Below the pieces are notes generated by a model that was not told the DNA's origin, did no database searches, and saw nothing but the letters and a program-made list of their open reading frames with translations. Both the position numbers and the translations under genes were made by a program. A stretch of DNA of 60,795 nt, counting the filler, from Stramenopiles sp. TOSAG23-2 (Eukaryota), in the NCBI GenBank assembly GCA_900128395.1. It is 47 parts of 47 records of this genome, joined end to end, with 100 filler letters (N's around TTAATTAATTAA, not from the genome) between each part and the next. Parts side by side here need not be neighbours in the genome. Positions count along the whole stretch, not along the records: positions 45,450 to 46,571 come from LT653663.1; positions 46,672 to 47,793 come from LT653664.1; positions 47,894 to 49,015 come from LT653665.1; positions 49,116 to 50,236 come from LT653666.1; positions 50,337 to 51,457 come from LT653667.1; positions 51,558 to 52,678 come from LT653668.1; positions 52,779 to 53,899 come from LT653669.1; positions 54,000 to 55,119 come from LT653670.1; 39 more parts are not named here. One strand, 5' to 3'. Shown piece by piece: positions 46,570-60,045 of this stretch; position 1 is the first letter of the stretch, and each line of letters opens with the position of its first letter.

Positions 46570-47111
46570 GCNNNNNNNNNNNNNNNNNNNNNNNNNNNNN
46601 NNNNNNNNNNNNNNNTTAATTAATTAANNNNNNNNNNNNNNNNNNNNNNNNNNNNNNNNNNNNNNNNNNNNTGGCATAATTAATATTACCTAATACGGTT
46701 GCCATGATGTGTATGTATATATATATGTAATATTATTTATTATTTGTTTTTTCTTTGATTACAATAAAGTAATATGAATGTATTCCTATCTCTGTTACTA
46801 GTATACTTCTATATACATCTTTTAACATTAAAAGTGGATTGGGTGTGAGTGGAATAAATTAAAAATTTCTTCCTCTGCGGTTAGACGCACTTGAACACTA
46901 CTATTAATAATACTTATATATTTACCTATGAATATATCAACTCGGGTCATTTTAAATTTTGAATTACAATTTGACCTTTGAAGATCATTATTGGACCATG
47001 CTGTATTCACTGATGATTTTTGACAACTCTTTTTGGTAATGGTGGTAATCATTGGATGTTGTGACAATTGAATTATTATTCTTGCATTACACTATTGTTG
47101 CCCCTTCTACT

Positions 47112-47465
47112 TCAGTAAAGCTTGTGGCTTTGAAATGAGTATATAATTGGATGTTGTGAATTTGACGTGGCATGATTTGAACATTTGCAACTGTTTGCAG
47201 ACCAATTGTTTGGCGGCGAATTTGTGGAGCATGTGCATGCGTTACATGTAATATATGTGATGTACTTTTCCAGCAAATCTGCTTTGTCTTTTGTTGTGCC
47301 TGCACGAGACAACAACTTCTCCATGTAACGTTGAAACGAAAATTCTGCAGCTACCCAATCCATCACACTGTCACTCCATGTGACATCAATGGTTTCCAAC
47401 AGTACCTCTGCTAAGTGCAGTATATAATATTGGAAATTATGTTTTACTCTTGCTACAAATGCATG
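47112..47465 (-). pseudogene. Degenerate coding relic, weakly like the CACTA/EnSpm transposase DUF4218 region
   Basis: YYILHLAE....FSFQRYMEKL versus the family pattern HLxxHLxxE...YPFERYMxxL; stops in the flanking frame. Confidence 0.25.
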
Positions 47466-49117
47466 CTACAAACAAACAAAGTTTGTTGGAGAAATACTTT
47501 CCATGCATGTTCACGTCAAATGTCGGTTCCCGGGACAAGGCCGTATCCACATCTATGCGCTTAGGCAATAACAAAGAGGAAGATGCCAAAGACATGGAAA
47601 ACGGCAGTTGAACAGCTGAGCCAGAGACTTGGTGGTTCCGCCTCTACTGGTACGCCACCAAGAGAGGAAAGAGTTTTGTAGTTATGTTTTGTTGTTCTTT
47701 GTAGGGTATTCAGTATTCATAGCATAGACACAGCATAGCAGGATATTCCACATCTCACACTACTATATTATAGTACTTAATCCAATATCCATCNNNNNNN
47801 NNNNNNNNNNNNNNNNNNNNNNNNNNNNNNNNNNNNNTTAATTAATTAANNNNNNNNNNNNNNNNNNNNNNNNNNNNNNNNNNNNNNNNNNNNTATCGGG
47901 GGAAAAGATGCAACGTGTGGTGGGGGGGTGTTATAATGAATTTGTAATATTGTATAAAGATCAAAAGATTGCATTTGTATATGTACATGTTGTTGGATAT
48001 GTGTGCACGAGGACTCGTATGTACAATACAAGTATATCTATACAAGTATATCCATATCAAAACATATCTTTTTTTTTTTTTTGTGCTTCTGTGCTTCTCT
48101 TTGCTGGTTTGCGAAAGGCGTGCAAAAAATGCAAAAACAAAATGGATAAAATGGATTTTGTTTAGATTTTAAGATATGATGATGTTGAGATGTGGAGATT
48201 TTAATTTAGGATTCCGGACTATATTTACATTGTATTTAGTATGCTTATTTTTTTAAAAGATTGGTATTTATACGCGTATATTATCTGCTATCTATCCGTG
48301 GCTTATACGCTTATACATTATACATGGAGATCGCGGAGATCCGAGTTTGATATAGGCATGAAATTGAATTTTTAGCTTCACTGAAAGGTCACTGCTGGTG
48401 CCTGCGGCCTGCTGTGTTAGTGTCGGATAGGATCCTCTCTAATTTTGATGTGCAAAAGTTCTATAAGGTGCCACGCTAAAAATATCTAATAATAAAAAGT
48501 AAAGTTGTGATGTGTGTGGATAAAATCTCTCTGTTTTTGTTAAACAAAATTGAAATTTTCATTTTTATACTTATTGCGTGTTTTAATATACTAAACCTGC
48601 TATATGGACCGAGCCCGAAAAAATCCAATGCTATGTACTTGCCAGCCAAATCCTGTTTATTCGTTTCGATTAGTAGTGATATTTCCCCTATAGTCTATTT
48701 TAGTCATTTTCAAGATCTGGTAATACCATGCACATAGCATTATTAATCACAAATTCGAGAACGGATAGAAATGCGGAGATGGCAAAGTGATGTGTGCCCT
48801 CTTATTATAACAGGGAGATACCATTGTATGAGTTACTTTCTTCCATCTTTTTTACCATATATATATTCACCATAGAGAGATAGAAAAGATCAAATATCTG
48901 TCATCATATATATATATATATACAGATACTAATTGTAAATCAATTTTAAGAATTATATTAATAGATATATAGACTTAATATACATACATACATATATATA
49001 CGTACATACATATATNNNNNNNNNNNNNNNNNNNNNNNNNNNNNNNNNNNNNNNNNNNNTTAATTAATTAANNNNNNNNNNNNNNNNNNNNNNNNNNNNN
49101 NNNNNNNNNNNNNNNCA

Positions 49118-49303
49118 GCAACACAAAACCGACTTGATGATGTGCAAGATGATTTGGAAGATGCACAAGAAAATTTTGGTTATCAAACATTATATACAAA
49201 CTTTTGGCAATCAAAATTTGATGAACTTATGGAACTTGCCATTCAAAATGGTGCTGACCAGAATGCAATAAATGAAATACGCGATCGACAATATGTATCA
49301 TAG
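49118..49303 (+). CDS. Gene 3' end, coiled-coil
   Basis: ATQNRLDDVQDDLEDAQE...FWQSKFDEL...RQYVS*; open from the edge. Confidence 0.65.
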   Translation, partial: ATQNRLDDVQDDLEDAQENFGYQTLYTNFWQSKFDELMELAIQNGADQNAINEIRDRQYVS

Positions 49304-49621
49304 AGAGTAAGACAACTATATTAAAAAAAAATTTAAATAAAAACATTTTATTAAAAACACATACGAGCGTTCGTACAGAAAAAACATTGTATTTACTGTG
49401 TGAAGACATATGTCCATTTAGAGCTTTTTACCAATTTTAGTATAGCACAGTATTTGAGCCATTTTTTAGCATGTGTTTTTACACAAAAAAAGATTTCGTA
49501 CATTTTTTTTAAATAAAAAAATACGAGTAGTTCGTAAAAATTTATCATAACTTTTAGATTTGCTCATATTTTCCCTCTTCTCTCTCTTTTAAAACTATTA
49601 TATTACAAGCGCGCTATTATT

Positions 49622-50218
49622 TTAAATCCCACCAGTCAAAACTTTACCACCACCATGCAATGTACTACTAATATTACGCAACCTTGCATTGTTTTCTAAA
49701 ATAGTTGTTGAACTATTAAATCCAAAAATCCAAAAAATGATGATACCAAAAAATGCGGATGCTGGTAATGTTACGAGCCAACTCATTATAATCTTTTTTA
49801 TCGTTGCTTTATTAATTTTATCAGAACCTTCTACCAATGCAACGCCAGTAATCGCACCAATTAAACAATGCGTTGTTGATACACTTAGACCTAATTGAGT
49901 TGCCATTAAGACGGTTAATGCAGTAGATATTTGCGCAGTAAAGCCACGTGTATAGGTTAATTTTGCGATATTTTCCCCAACAGTTGCCATGACTTTATGA
50001 CCATATGTTCCTAAACCAAATACGATTCCAACACCACCACCAACTAAGATCCATACTGGAGGTTTGCTATTGGTACTGATTTGACCTGTAAACCATATTT
50101 CTTGTATTGCAGTGAATGGACCGATTGCATTGGAAACATCATTACTACCATGTGCAAATGATACAACACATGCTGTGATAACCATTAAATTGATAAACAT
50201 TGCTTCAGGAGTATACAT
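49622..50218 (-). CDS. PiT/PHO4-family phosphate transporter, C-terminal domain
   Basis: SFAHGSNDVSNAIGP, GHKVMATVG, RGF, VSTTHCLIGA, SWLVTLP. Confidence 0.95.
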   Translation of the reverse strand: MYTPEAMFINLMVITACVVSFAHGSNDVSNAIGPFTAIQEIWFTGQISTNSKPPVWILVGGGVGIVFGLGTYGHKVMATVGENIAKLTYTRGFTAQISTALTVLMATQLGLSVSTTHCLIGAITGVALVEGSDKINKATIKKIIMSWLVTLPASAFFGIIIFWIFGFNSSTTILENNARLRNISSTLHGGGKVLTGGI

Positions 50219-50337
50219 GAAAATTATGTATTAAAANNNNNNNNNNNNNNNNNNNNNNNNNNNNNNNNNNNNNNNNNNNNTTAATTAATTAANNNNNNNN
50301 NNNNNNNNNNNNNNNNNNNNNNNNNNNNNNNNNNNNA

Positions 50338-51156
50338 TACATATATGGTGGCTTAATATCAAACGGAATTTCAAATAAATTGTATGCTTTAAATTTAAAG
50401 ACATATATATGGAGACAAGTTCAAGCGAAAGAAAATTTATTTTATCCAAATTCCCGAGCACTTATACAACATAGTATGGCAAAAACGAGTGAATATACCT
50501 TTATTGTTGGTAGTGGTACATCAACAGATAAATTCGATGATGATTCCACATATGAATTTAATATTAAAACAATGGAATGGAATAAAATCAGTGATGGACA
50601 GTGTCCAAATACCAATAAAAATGCGCAAGAATGTGGTGGTAATGTTGGTGGCTCATCTATTGTATACGATAAAACAAGTAACTCATTGATACTTTTAGGT
50701 GGATATAAAAATGGAACTTTAAATGAATTAGGATCGTTAAGACGAGAAGAACGACCAAACCAAGAATGGAAAAAGATATCAACAATTAATAATACCAATA
50801 ACGGCAGTAAATCTAAATTTAACCCAATTGCATTTCAAGCAGCTCGAATGATATACAATGTTGAAAACAATAAAACATGTATGATTGTCGAAGGTGGTTT
50901 TGATCAATTAAAATTAAATAATAAATTATGGGTATTAAATATTGAAACAGACGAAAACGATAATTTAAATGGTATGTGGAAATCACTTAAAACAAAATTT
51001 CAACCACCATCGCATTTTGCTAGTGGATTTGAAATTGTTAATAATCGTTATATTGTTATATTTGGAGGTAGAATACATCCACGCGGCAAACATGAAGAAT
51101 TATGGAATGGTTTGTGGATATTGGATTTAGGTCAAAATATCGATAGTATTTGCTAA
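50338..51156 (+). CDS. Kelch-repeat protein, C-terminal part
   Basis: YIYGG, ILLGG, IVEGG, VIFGG blades with spaced Y/W residues. Confidence 0.85.
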   Translation, partial: YIYGGLISNGISNKLYALNLKTYIWRQVQAKENLFYPNSRALIQHSMAKTSEYTFIVGSGTSTDKFDDDSTYEFNIKTMEWNKISDGQCPNTNKNAQECGGNVGGSSIVYDKTSNSLILLGGYKNGTLNELGSLRREERPNQEWKKISTINNTNNGSKSKFNPIAFQAARMIYNVENNKTCMIVEGGFDQLKLNNKLWVLNIETDENDNLNGMWKSLKTKFQPPSHFASGFEIVNNRYIVIFGGRIHPRGKHEELWNGLWILDLGQNIDSIC

Positions 51157-51557
51157 TAAAGAGAGATGCACATAGAGAAGAAATATTGTGCATATCAATA
51201 TATGCATAGAAAAATATATTTAATCATATCACAGTATGATATTGATGGAAATTTAAATTTTATTTTTTAAAAAATATAAATATGCCATATTTCATTAACA
51301 CATTGAACATACAAAGCATATATCATAAATTTCGTATTCGTAAAAAAATAAATAACACTTGATTTGTCGTAATAAAAAAAAATATATTAAAATAAAATAA
51401 AGTCTCAGTTATTGTATTCTTTCTGGAGAGTAGGAATTATCATGAGTAAATTAAAAANNNNNNNNNNNNNNNNNNNNNNNNNNNNNNNNNNNNNNNNNNN
51501 NTTAATTAATTAANNNNNNNNNNNNNNNNNNNNNNNNNNNNNNNNNNNNNNNNNNNN

Positions 51558-51913
51558 AAAATTATTTTACGGAAAATCTCTTGCACCTCCCAAAAATAGG
51601 CATTTCTGTTATATGGGGTATACATCCACCCAATAGAATCAAGTATTTCAGGTCTATCAAGCTTGTCTTTTCGTCTGTACAAGTAAAAAAATACACCAAA
51701 TGGCAATCCTATGATATACACGATTCCAACAACAAGAAATACGACATAAAAGGACCACCACTTTTCATCGTAGCACAGCACTGAGAAATCTGCCTTCAAA
51801 TATAATACACCTTCTATACGAACGCAATTGCTGAATTGCATCCATTTTCTTGAAATTGGTGTATGGATTAGGAACAAGATTTCAAAACTCCACCTGATAC
51901 ACTGAGCACGAAG
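51558..51913 (-). CDS. Exon of a protist multi-TM (TRP-like C-terminal) membrane protein
   Basis: YLKADFSVLCYD..W, YIIGLP, IGWMYTPY..YFWE..EIFRK; upstream GACTAAC...TACAG acceptor. Confidence 0.75.
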
Positions 51914-52482
51914 CTGTAATATTAAGAGTGGTTAGTCATGTAAATTTCTTTTTTATAAGATATTGCTATTCAGAACAATACGTTACTAAACAAATTTTTA
52001 CTGTAACAAATTAAAGAGATTTTCAATGGTATGCTGGTATGCCATGCTACGTAGAAGAGGACTATCATATTAGGAGGATAAACTGAAGTTTAAAAACATA
52101 TGATCCAGCTGATGAATTCAATGAAAGAACTACAAATAGAATACAAAACATGAAACGAACATTTTCCGTACTTTACGAATAGTTCTAATAGTAGTACGTA
52201 TTTTGTTGCCTATTTGATGTTATTTTATGGTTTTTACATGTAAATAGCTCGCTACTTACCAGCTTTTGGCCTCGAGCTAGTAGCTGCCAGGCTAGCACAC
52301 TGGCACACAGCCTTTTGCTTAATCGGTGTTAAATGAAAACATTATTGCACCCTATTATTTATATTAATACATTCTTTTATCACGCTTGTTCAACGGAAAA
52401 ACGAAAAACAAGTAAGATTCAACAAAGTAAAGAAATCAAGAAAAAAGATCAAGAACCTTCTCGCAACAACAAAACAAAAAAT

Positions 52483-52678
52483 ATGAATAACAATTCTACG
52501 TCGAAAACACAGGAACTTGCTGGAGTTTCACCTGGGACTCGAGGGTTGACTACTGTAAATAGTCGCAACTCATGGGCTCAACAACATGAACGTCGAAAAA
52601 GTGTTCGGTTATTGGGGAATGTAGTTGAACTGGACGAGTGGTTGGATTGGAGAGTGAAGTGGGGACAGCATGTGGCGG
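52483..52678 (+). CDS. Gene start, truncated
   Basis: MNNNSTSKTQ...; open to the edge after an A-rich UTR. Confidence 0.5.
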
Positions 52679-52779
52679 NNNNNNNNNNNNNNNNNNNNNN
52701 NNNNNNNNNNNNNNNNNNNNNNTTAATTAATTAANNNNNNNNNNNNNNNNNNNNNNNNNNNNNNNNNNNNNNNNNNNNC

Positions 52780-53703
52780 AACGCGTCGTCGCCAGTTAAG
52801 TTTATAAACGCGTCTTCGTTGTTGGACGGGGAAAAGTCGTTCGAGTTGTCGCCGCCGTTTAAGAGCTCGAATAACAATAACGAAGATGAAAACAAAGAAG
52901 ATGGAGATAAATCGTTTGACGGGAAATCGATTCAGCGCATACCGAGTTTTACGCGATGGAACAGAAGAACGGAAGAAGAAAATGAAGAAGAAAATGAAGA
53001 AAATATTCTCTCGAGTTTCGCCAAAGGAAGAAATGAATCTTTGGCGTGGTTTTCACCGCTCAATCCAGATAAACCCGCATTATCTCAAGCGGAATCGACG
53101 CTTTCGGTTGCCGAAATAGCTTTGTTGAGACGCGGAAAAGCTTTGTCTTCATCGTTATCATCTGAGGAGAAGAAGAAGAAGAAGAAGAATGATAAAGTCT
53201 CGTCTCCGTATTTCACGACAAAAAGTGCTGAATCGAAACGCGCGAAGTCACCATTATCCCAATTATCATCATCGAGATCGCCAACTCACTATGGTAAACG
53301 AACGAACGCTTCTGAGATCAAAATAGCTTTGAAATTCGGTGCCTTGGCGGGAGAAAGCGACCAGATGAAACGTCTTCGAAACGAAGCGTTGAAAGCTTTG
53401 GAAACCGAAAACGTTCCGGGGGCCAAACGTCAGTTCGTAGTTTTGTTTTCAGAAGCGAGCGAAAATTCGAAAACGTATCGAGGTTTATATAAAGTCTGTG
53501 AAAGTCTCGAAGGTTGCGACGACATCACTTTGCGAAAAATCCACGGCGTGAGCGAGAAAGTTCCGGACGCTTTGAGCACTTGTCGAATCTTAAAATCGTT
53601 AAAGTACAACCTCGCGACGAAAATGTGGCGCGAGTTGCATAACGAAAAGGATCGCGTGAACGCGAACGTGATGGCAGTCGTTTTGAAACCAAAGAAGAAA
53701 TAG
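52780..53703 (+). CDS. CKK-domain (CAMSAP-type microtubule-binding) protein, 3' part, on a compositionally foreign contig
   Basis: TN...I..AL...LAG, FVVLF, YRGLY, KIHG..P, KYN...K.W..L, AVVL. Confidence 0.8.
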   Translation, partial: NASSPVKFINASSLLDGEKSFELSPPFKSSNNNNEDENKEDGDKSFDGKSIQRIPSFTRWNRRTEEENEEENEENILSSFAKGRNESLAWFSPLNPDKPALSQAESTLSVAEIALLRRGKALSSSLSSEEKKKKKKNDKVSSPYFTTKSAESKRAKSPLSQLSSSRSPTHYGKRTNASEIKIALKFGALAGESDQMKRLRNEALKALETENVPGAKRQFVVLFSEASENSKTYRGLYKVCESLEGCDDITLRKIHGVSEKVPDALSTCRILKSLKYNLATKMWRELHNEKDRVNANVMAVVLKPKKK

Positions 53704-54001
53704 TACCGTAGAGAAAATATTAGCGAATTAGAATGTATTCACACGTCAAAGAGAAGAAAAGTCACGAGCGCGTCAAAGGAAAGGCGAAAAAAAGAAATGT
53801 GTGCACCTACCTGTCTTTTCCCTTTTTCCCCTTCCTCTTTTTTCTTCTTTTTTTGACGCGCACAAACTTACGGACCCGCGCGTTGCACGATCATCGTCTN
53901 NNNNNNNNNNNNNNNNNNNNNNNNNNNNNNNNNNNNNNNNNNNTTAATTAATTAANNNNNNNNNNNNNNNNNNNNNNNNNNNNNNNNNNNNNNNNNNNNT
54001 G

Positions 54002-55119
54002 CATAAGAATACAATCAATAAACATGATGAAAAACTTAGTACAATGGAAAATGATTATATGAATCAACTGGAGACTTTAAAAGCAACACACGAAACATTA
54101 TTAGGAGATGTTACAAGTAAACATGAAGAAATTCTATCGAATATGACGATAAAACATCAAGAAAACATGCAAAACCTTGTTACAAAACATGAAGAAATTG
54201 TAAACGTTATGAAAAGAAAGCATAGTGAGGATATGAATAACATTAAAACAAATTATGATAATGATATTGTTACAATGACAACAAAACATAGTACAGAATT
54301 ATCAACATTAAAAGAACAACATAGTAGAGAATTATCAACATTAAAAGAACAACATAGTACAGACTTATCAACATTGAAGGAACAATATGGTACAGACTTA
54401 TCAACATTGAAAGAACAATACAAAGTTGACAATGATAATTTATTACAACGTAATATATCGGATATAACAAGTAAACATCAATCATTGATGGAACAAACAA
54501 TTGATAAGTATGAAAAAATTGTAAATGAACATTCAGAAACAATTAAAACACTTGAAACAAAATTGGAAGATTCGCTGGAAGAAATACGTAATCTTCAATC
54601 AGAAAAAGAACAATATGAAAATACCATTAAATCATTAAAAGAAGAAATGACTACCGGTATAAAAAATGAACAAGATATAATTATTACTATGCATCAAGAG
54701 GAAACAAACAATTTAAAGAATCAAATCACAGAGTTAACATCTAATTTAAACATAGCAACATTAAAGCATGTCAAGTTGGAAGAAATAAATACAAATCATT
54801 CAAATGAAATGATCAAATTAAATCAACAAATTGATGAATTAAATGTATTTGTTGTCAAGTTAGAGCAAGAAAAAACAGAAACAGAAGCCAAAATAAAAGA
54901 TGTAGAAAGAAAACATAAAACGACGATAACAAAATTACAGGAAAATATCAATGGAATGGAAATGAAATATAATACAACGCAAAAGACATTGGAAGAGGTG
55001 CAAACAAAATTACAAATTAATATGACAGAACATGAAAATGTACAAAAACAACTAAAACATGCAAAAAATCAAGAAATGACATTAAAAGAAGAAATTGACT
55101 CGTTAAAGAATCAAAATAA
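54002..55119 (+). CDS. Long coiled-coil protein fragment with 11-aa repeats
   Basis: (H/Y)(S/G)(T/R)(E/D)LSTLKEQ x4 (33-bp units); heptad-rich. Confidence 0.85.
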
Positions 55120-55219
55120 NNNNNNNNNNNNNNNNNNNNNNNNNNNNNNNNNNNNNNNNNNNNTTAATTAATTAANNNNNNNNNNNNNNNNNNNNNNNNN
55201 NNNNNNNNNNNNNNNNNNN

Positions 55220-55632
55220 CCATATCCTTTGTCATTGTTGTTGTAGCCACCGCCACCGTTGTTGTTGTATCCATTATTACGGTTGAATGCTTGGCCACTT
55301 GCATAGCCACCGCCACGATTCCCACCACGCCTGTTATTGTTGTTGTTATTTCTTTTTTTACCGCTGGCAACATCAATTTTTACTGATCTACCTTGAACAT
55401 CAGAACCATCACGTTGTAACGCATTGTTTAAACTTTCACGATCTCTAAATTCCACGTAGCCGAATCCTTTGAACTCATCTGTCTCTCTGTCTCGAACCAA
55501 ACGTACACTTACGACAGGTAATCCTTGAAATAGCGTATCAAGATCACCTTGAACAACGTTGTAGTTCAAATTACCAACATACGCAGTGAACGGTCCATCT
55601 TGATCTTGTTGTAAAGCAGAAAATCCAGACAT
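55220..55632 (-). CDS. EIF4H: eIF4H/eIF4B-type RRM protein; 3' truncated
   Basis: PFTAYVGNL..VVQGDLD, SVRLVRDRETDEFKGFGYVEF, then an RGG/N-rich tail. Confidence 0.8.
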
Positions 55633-56833
55633 AATAATATATTATTTATAATTTACTTTTTTTTTATATATAATAACTAATAATATGAAATTCTTACTTA
55701 AAAAAATAATAAATGAATATATTATTTGATGAAGAACGAAGGAATAATTAAAAAAAGAAGAAGCTCGAAAAACGCAACGAAACGAAATGAACACTGAAAT
55801 GCGAAAATGAAACAGTATATATATATATATATATCCTATACCTCTCTCTCTCTCTCTATCTTTATCTAATATTAACATTTACACACATAGATAGATTGAT
55901 CTATATCCAACAGGATATATAAAAGCTCAATTACAGGGCTATTATATCCCCATACCAGGTATAGTATATTACGTGTTTATAATATTTGGACCTTTTCTTG
56001 ATTTATTTTCGCTCTTGTTTTAGTATACTAAATATATATTTAAGTATGATGTTATTCCTATCAAATATAGATTCCCAATATTTTAGATAAAAACGAGTTG
56101 GTAATGGTATGTCCTTGTATTTTGTTGTAGGCAATATATTGTGAGGTTGCGAAGCAATCAGGCAAATTGCGAACTACGTAATATACTTAGAAGTATAAGT
56201 ATATATTAATATACTATCAATAATTGTGAATGATCCTGATATTCAATATACAATATGACATAGTACCTTGTAGTATTAAAATAAATATTCCCTGCCCTGA
56301 TGTGTGTGTATAGGGGTATTAACGAAGCAAGATAACAATNNNNNNNNNNNNNNNNNNNNNNNNNNNNNNNNNNNNNNNNNNNNTTAATTAATTAANNNNN
56401 NNNNNNNNNNNNNNNNNNNNNNNNNNNNNNNNNNNNNNNATATATATATATTTTATATATATTTTATTGATTTTTATGTTATTTTAATGAAAAATGTAAA
56501 AAAATGAAAAAAATGCGTGTGCGTGTGCGTGCGTGTGGGGGGGGGGCACCGCCGGTTTTCGTGGATGATCTTTTTTGCAAGTTACTGTAAGCTGTGTGCT
56601 CCTCTTCTGGCCTCGAATATATATATATATATAAAAGAAGATACACAAAAAAAAAACAGAAAAGATACTAGTATAATTATATTTCTTGCACTCTTCACAC
56701 CACACACACAAAAGATAAATAGTCAGTGAGTTGTCATCATCATCTTGTACCTTTTATTAAAACATAAATCAGATATACATAGATATATATATATATTAAG
56801 TACCCGATATATTCACTTATCTACTAATACAAT

Positions 56834-59726
56834 ATGGCAAGTTTAGCAAATAATAATAACAATAAGGAATTATCCTCCTTTATTTTATTACGTCATTCTA
56901 AATTAACGTTAGACACACCATTATTACATATAACATTGCAAGGGGATATGTCTCGAGTTGTTATTGATAGTGTTAAAGCATCGTTAAAAGAATTAGAAGA
57001 AACGAAAACACATTACCAAGATCAATTTTCCAATATGAGGTATGAACTTGGTGCATTCTCGTTCAATTCAGCATGTCCAGCATTTCATCATGGCGAAATT
57101 TTGTTACTTGGGTTTGTACGTCCAATACAAACAATTGGATTTATAATATGTACGGATAAAACTATTTTACAATCGTTTTCATCGTATGGCGATTGTATCG
57201 TATTTCAAGGCCCAGCACAAATACCTTTCTCCCCGCTTGATGATTTGAAGGAAGGAGCAATGTACAACATATCGGATGATGTAGCCCTTGATTTAAGACC
57301 AGGGCAAATGCTTAACATGGGAAAATTAGGTACTGCTAATCATAGTATGATTATCGGAGTTGGCTGGGATGCGACAGTGTCAAAAACTGAAATGATGATG
57401 AAAGGAAAAAATTACAAACCTCCAGATTTGGATCTTGAAATATGTTTATTTGATCATCAACATCGTCCGATACAATTGATGACACCTAAAACTAAACGCC
57501 AAACAACATGTGGCGGAATTGTTGTAACAGCAGATGCTACAGATGGTGAAAGCATTGGTGATGATGAACGTGCACTTGTTAAATTTAAGATTTTAAGCAA
57601 ACAGATACATAGCATAGTAGTTTGCATTCGCGCAGTGGCCAATGCTGGGGAAGCTCCATTTTCACGTGTTCGTAATGTATATGCTCGAATGCTCCATTTA
57701 ACAACTACAAATGAATATGAACTTTTCCGAATTAGGATACTTCAACACCATGCTGGTAATGATACCATGGCTCGTATGTTTCGCATGAAACGAGCTGGAA
57801 ATAGTTGGACAGTACATACATTGTCAGGACCGGAAACGTTTATACCAAAAGCATTAGGTCCTACTAAGAAGATTAATCCAATGATTGATATGAATGCAAA
57901 CGGTAATAATAATCACGGAAAACTACAAATTATGGCTCCTTCATTGCAACCAGCTCTTGAGCAAGTTAAAAAATGTATCACTGGTGCTCCAGGTTTTGAT
58001 TTAGGTACATTGGGTTCGCCTGATCATGCATTGATTGGTATTGGTTGGTTAAATGCTTCAAATGCAAATGATCTAACAATATCTATCACAGAGCTTGATG
58101 AATTTGGATATACAAAAAATATTCACAAACATACGGTCAGGCGTCAAAAAGTGGGTGTTTTTAATGGGAAGAAACTGTTTCATAATGTTACCATAATGGA
58201 TGATTCTATACATTTTGATCGTGACTGTTGTCGCATTTTAGTCGCGGCCGGTTCAAAAAATTTTACCATTGGTATCTCGCCAATTGGTCGAACGCAACAT
58301 GGTGCATATGTAAGATTCATTGAAACTAAGAAAAATCCAGAAACTACAATTGCAATGCGTCATGTACCATATGTAAACCTAGCAAATCGACATCCAAATG
58401 ATGGGGCAATCAAAGCAATTGTGCATTTTGGCGAAGGAAACAAATTGTTCATGGATGATAATTCATTTAATATCCTGAAGATGCCAAAAGATTTTACCCC
58501 AGATGTATTCAAACCTATTCAATTTAATGCTTTTCCTATCTGTTTTGGTGCTGGAAATAATGCCAAAAACGATGCAGGCACATTTAAAACTCGAATATTT
58601 AACATGTGTGGGGAGGAAATGATAGTTTGGGGAGGACACGATAATATATTGTCCAATGTGTCTAAACTTTTCTATGCAAGAGAAACGGATGTGTGGGGAG
58701 GAAATGATAGTTTGGGGAGGACACGATAATATATTGTCCAATGTGTCTAAACTTTTCTATGCAAGAGAAACGGATACAACACAAGCTTCATTGCTTATGA
58801 AGAACACTTTGAATAATGAAGGAAATAGCCTAATGCATATATATTCAATTATGTTGACATTTCAGACGAACAAACCAAGCGCAGGAGCATATTTTCGAAT
58901 ATTAAATCCAAACAAGGCTGGTCAGCCATGTTTGAAAGATGAAGAAGGTAATAATCTTTGTGTCTCCCCTCAAAAGACAATTATTGTGAATTTTACTCGT
59001 TTGCCAGAAAAGCAATTCCTGGCATCCACTGTAAACATATCGCATATAGCGGATGATCAAGCTGTATTTAACCGCATGGGATTAATGAATACTTGTCCAG
59101 CTGCAAATCGAATACAATATCCATTTAAATTTACCCTGGAATATATTCATGCAAGGATTCCAGCAACAGATTCAAAAGGTACATTTTTGAAGAAAAGTTA
59201 TCAAGGTTATACAGATGCATATATGAAAATATATATTTATGATGTTGAAAGCTATTCCTCTTCACACCACCCGCCTCAGCTTAAACCAACAGGAAATATA
59301 GTTTCTTGGATTGAACAGGGTGATAATTATAAGAAAGAGCGTAAGCACTTTCTCAAAAAAGTATTAAAAACAGAGGTGACAAAAAAAATACCGTGTCCAA
59401 ATTGGTACAAATTGGACAATCTGAACATACCATTCAATTTTGATGAAAAAGCAATGATGCGTGAAGAGAAATTGTTATTGCATGAAAAAAACAAACGTGT
59501 CATCGTGCTTGAATGCTGGGATAAGGATTCGATGTCTCTTGATGATTTAATATTTAGACATCGTATTGATATGGCAGAATTGAATTGGAATTTTGAAAAA
59601 GGTTTTGCAGATTGTAATTTTCAACGAGCTACATTTGAAACCCCTGTGGATAAGGGTATAAAATCCAATCACGGCTTTCACCATTCGAATATTAAATGTC
59701 GAATCAAATTGGAAGTTGTTGCCTGA
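56834..59726 (+). CDS. TerD + degenerate TerD + C-terminal C2-domain protein (~935 aa once an 85-bp duplication is removed)
   Basis: IGVGWD..DLDL..LFD..DATDGESIGDDE..FSRVRNVYAR; second unit LIGIGW..DL; C2 motifs TDAYMKI, KTEV.KK..CPNW, LECWDKDSMSLDDLI. The duplication at 58604-58775 links the two listed ORFs. Confidence 0.8.
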
Positions 59727-60045
59727 ATAAAAACAGAGAGAGACACACCAGGGTTTTAATTAATTTGAAACACGGACTCCGTTGTGCGTGTATGTTGTTG
59801 AGATAAATATCAGAAGAGGAGAGAGATACCTGGCTTCGTAAATATTTTTATATATATATAATAAAAAAATATAATATCAAATATATACGTCTCGTATTAT
59901 TATTTATTATTTGTTTTTTGTTTTTTTGCTATTTCCCATGGATTTCACCTATCAAATTGCTCATAATTTATACTTGAATTCGAAATTAGAATACCAGAAA
60001 CACGACATATTTTTTACTGATCGATTATTTCCTGTAAATATCAAC

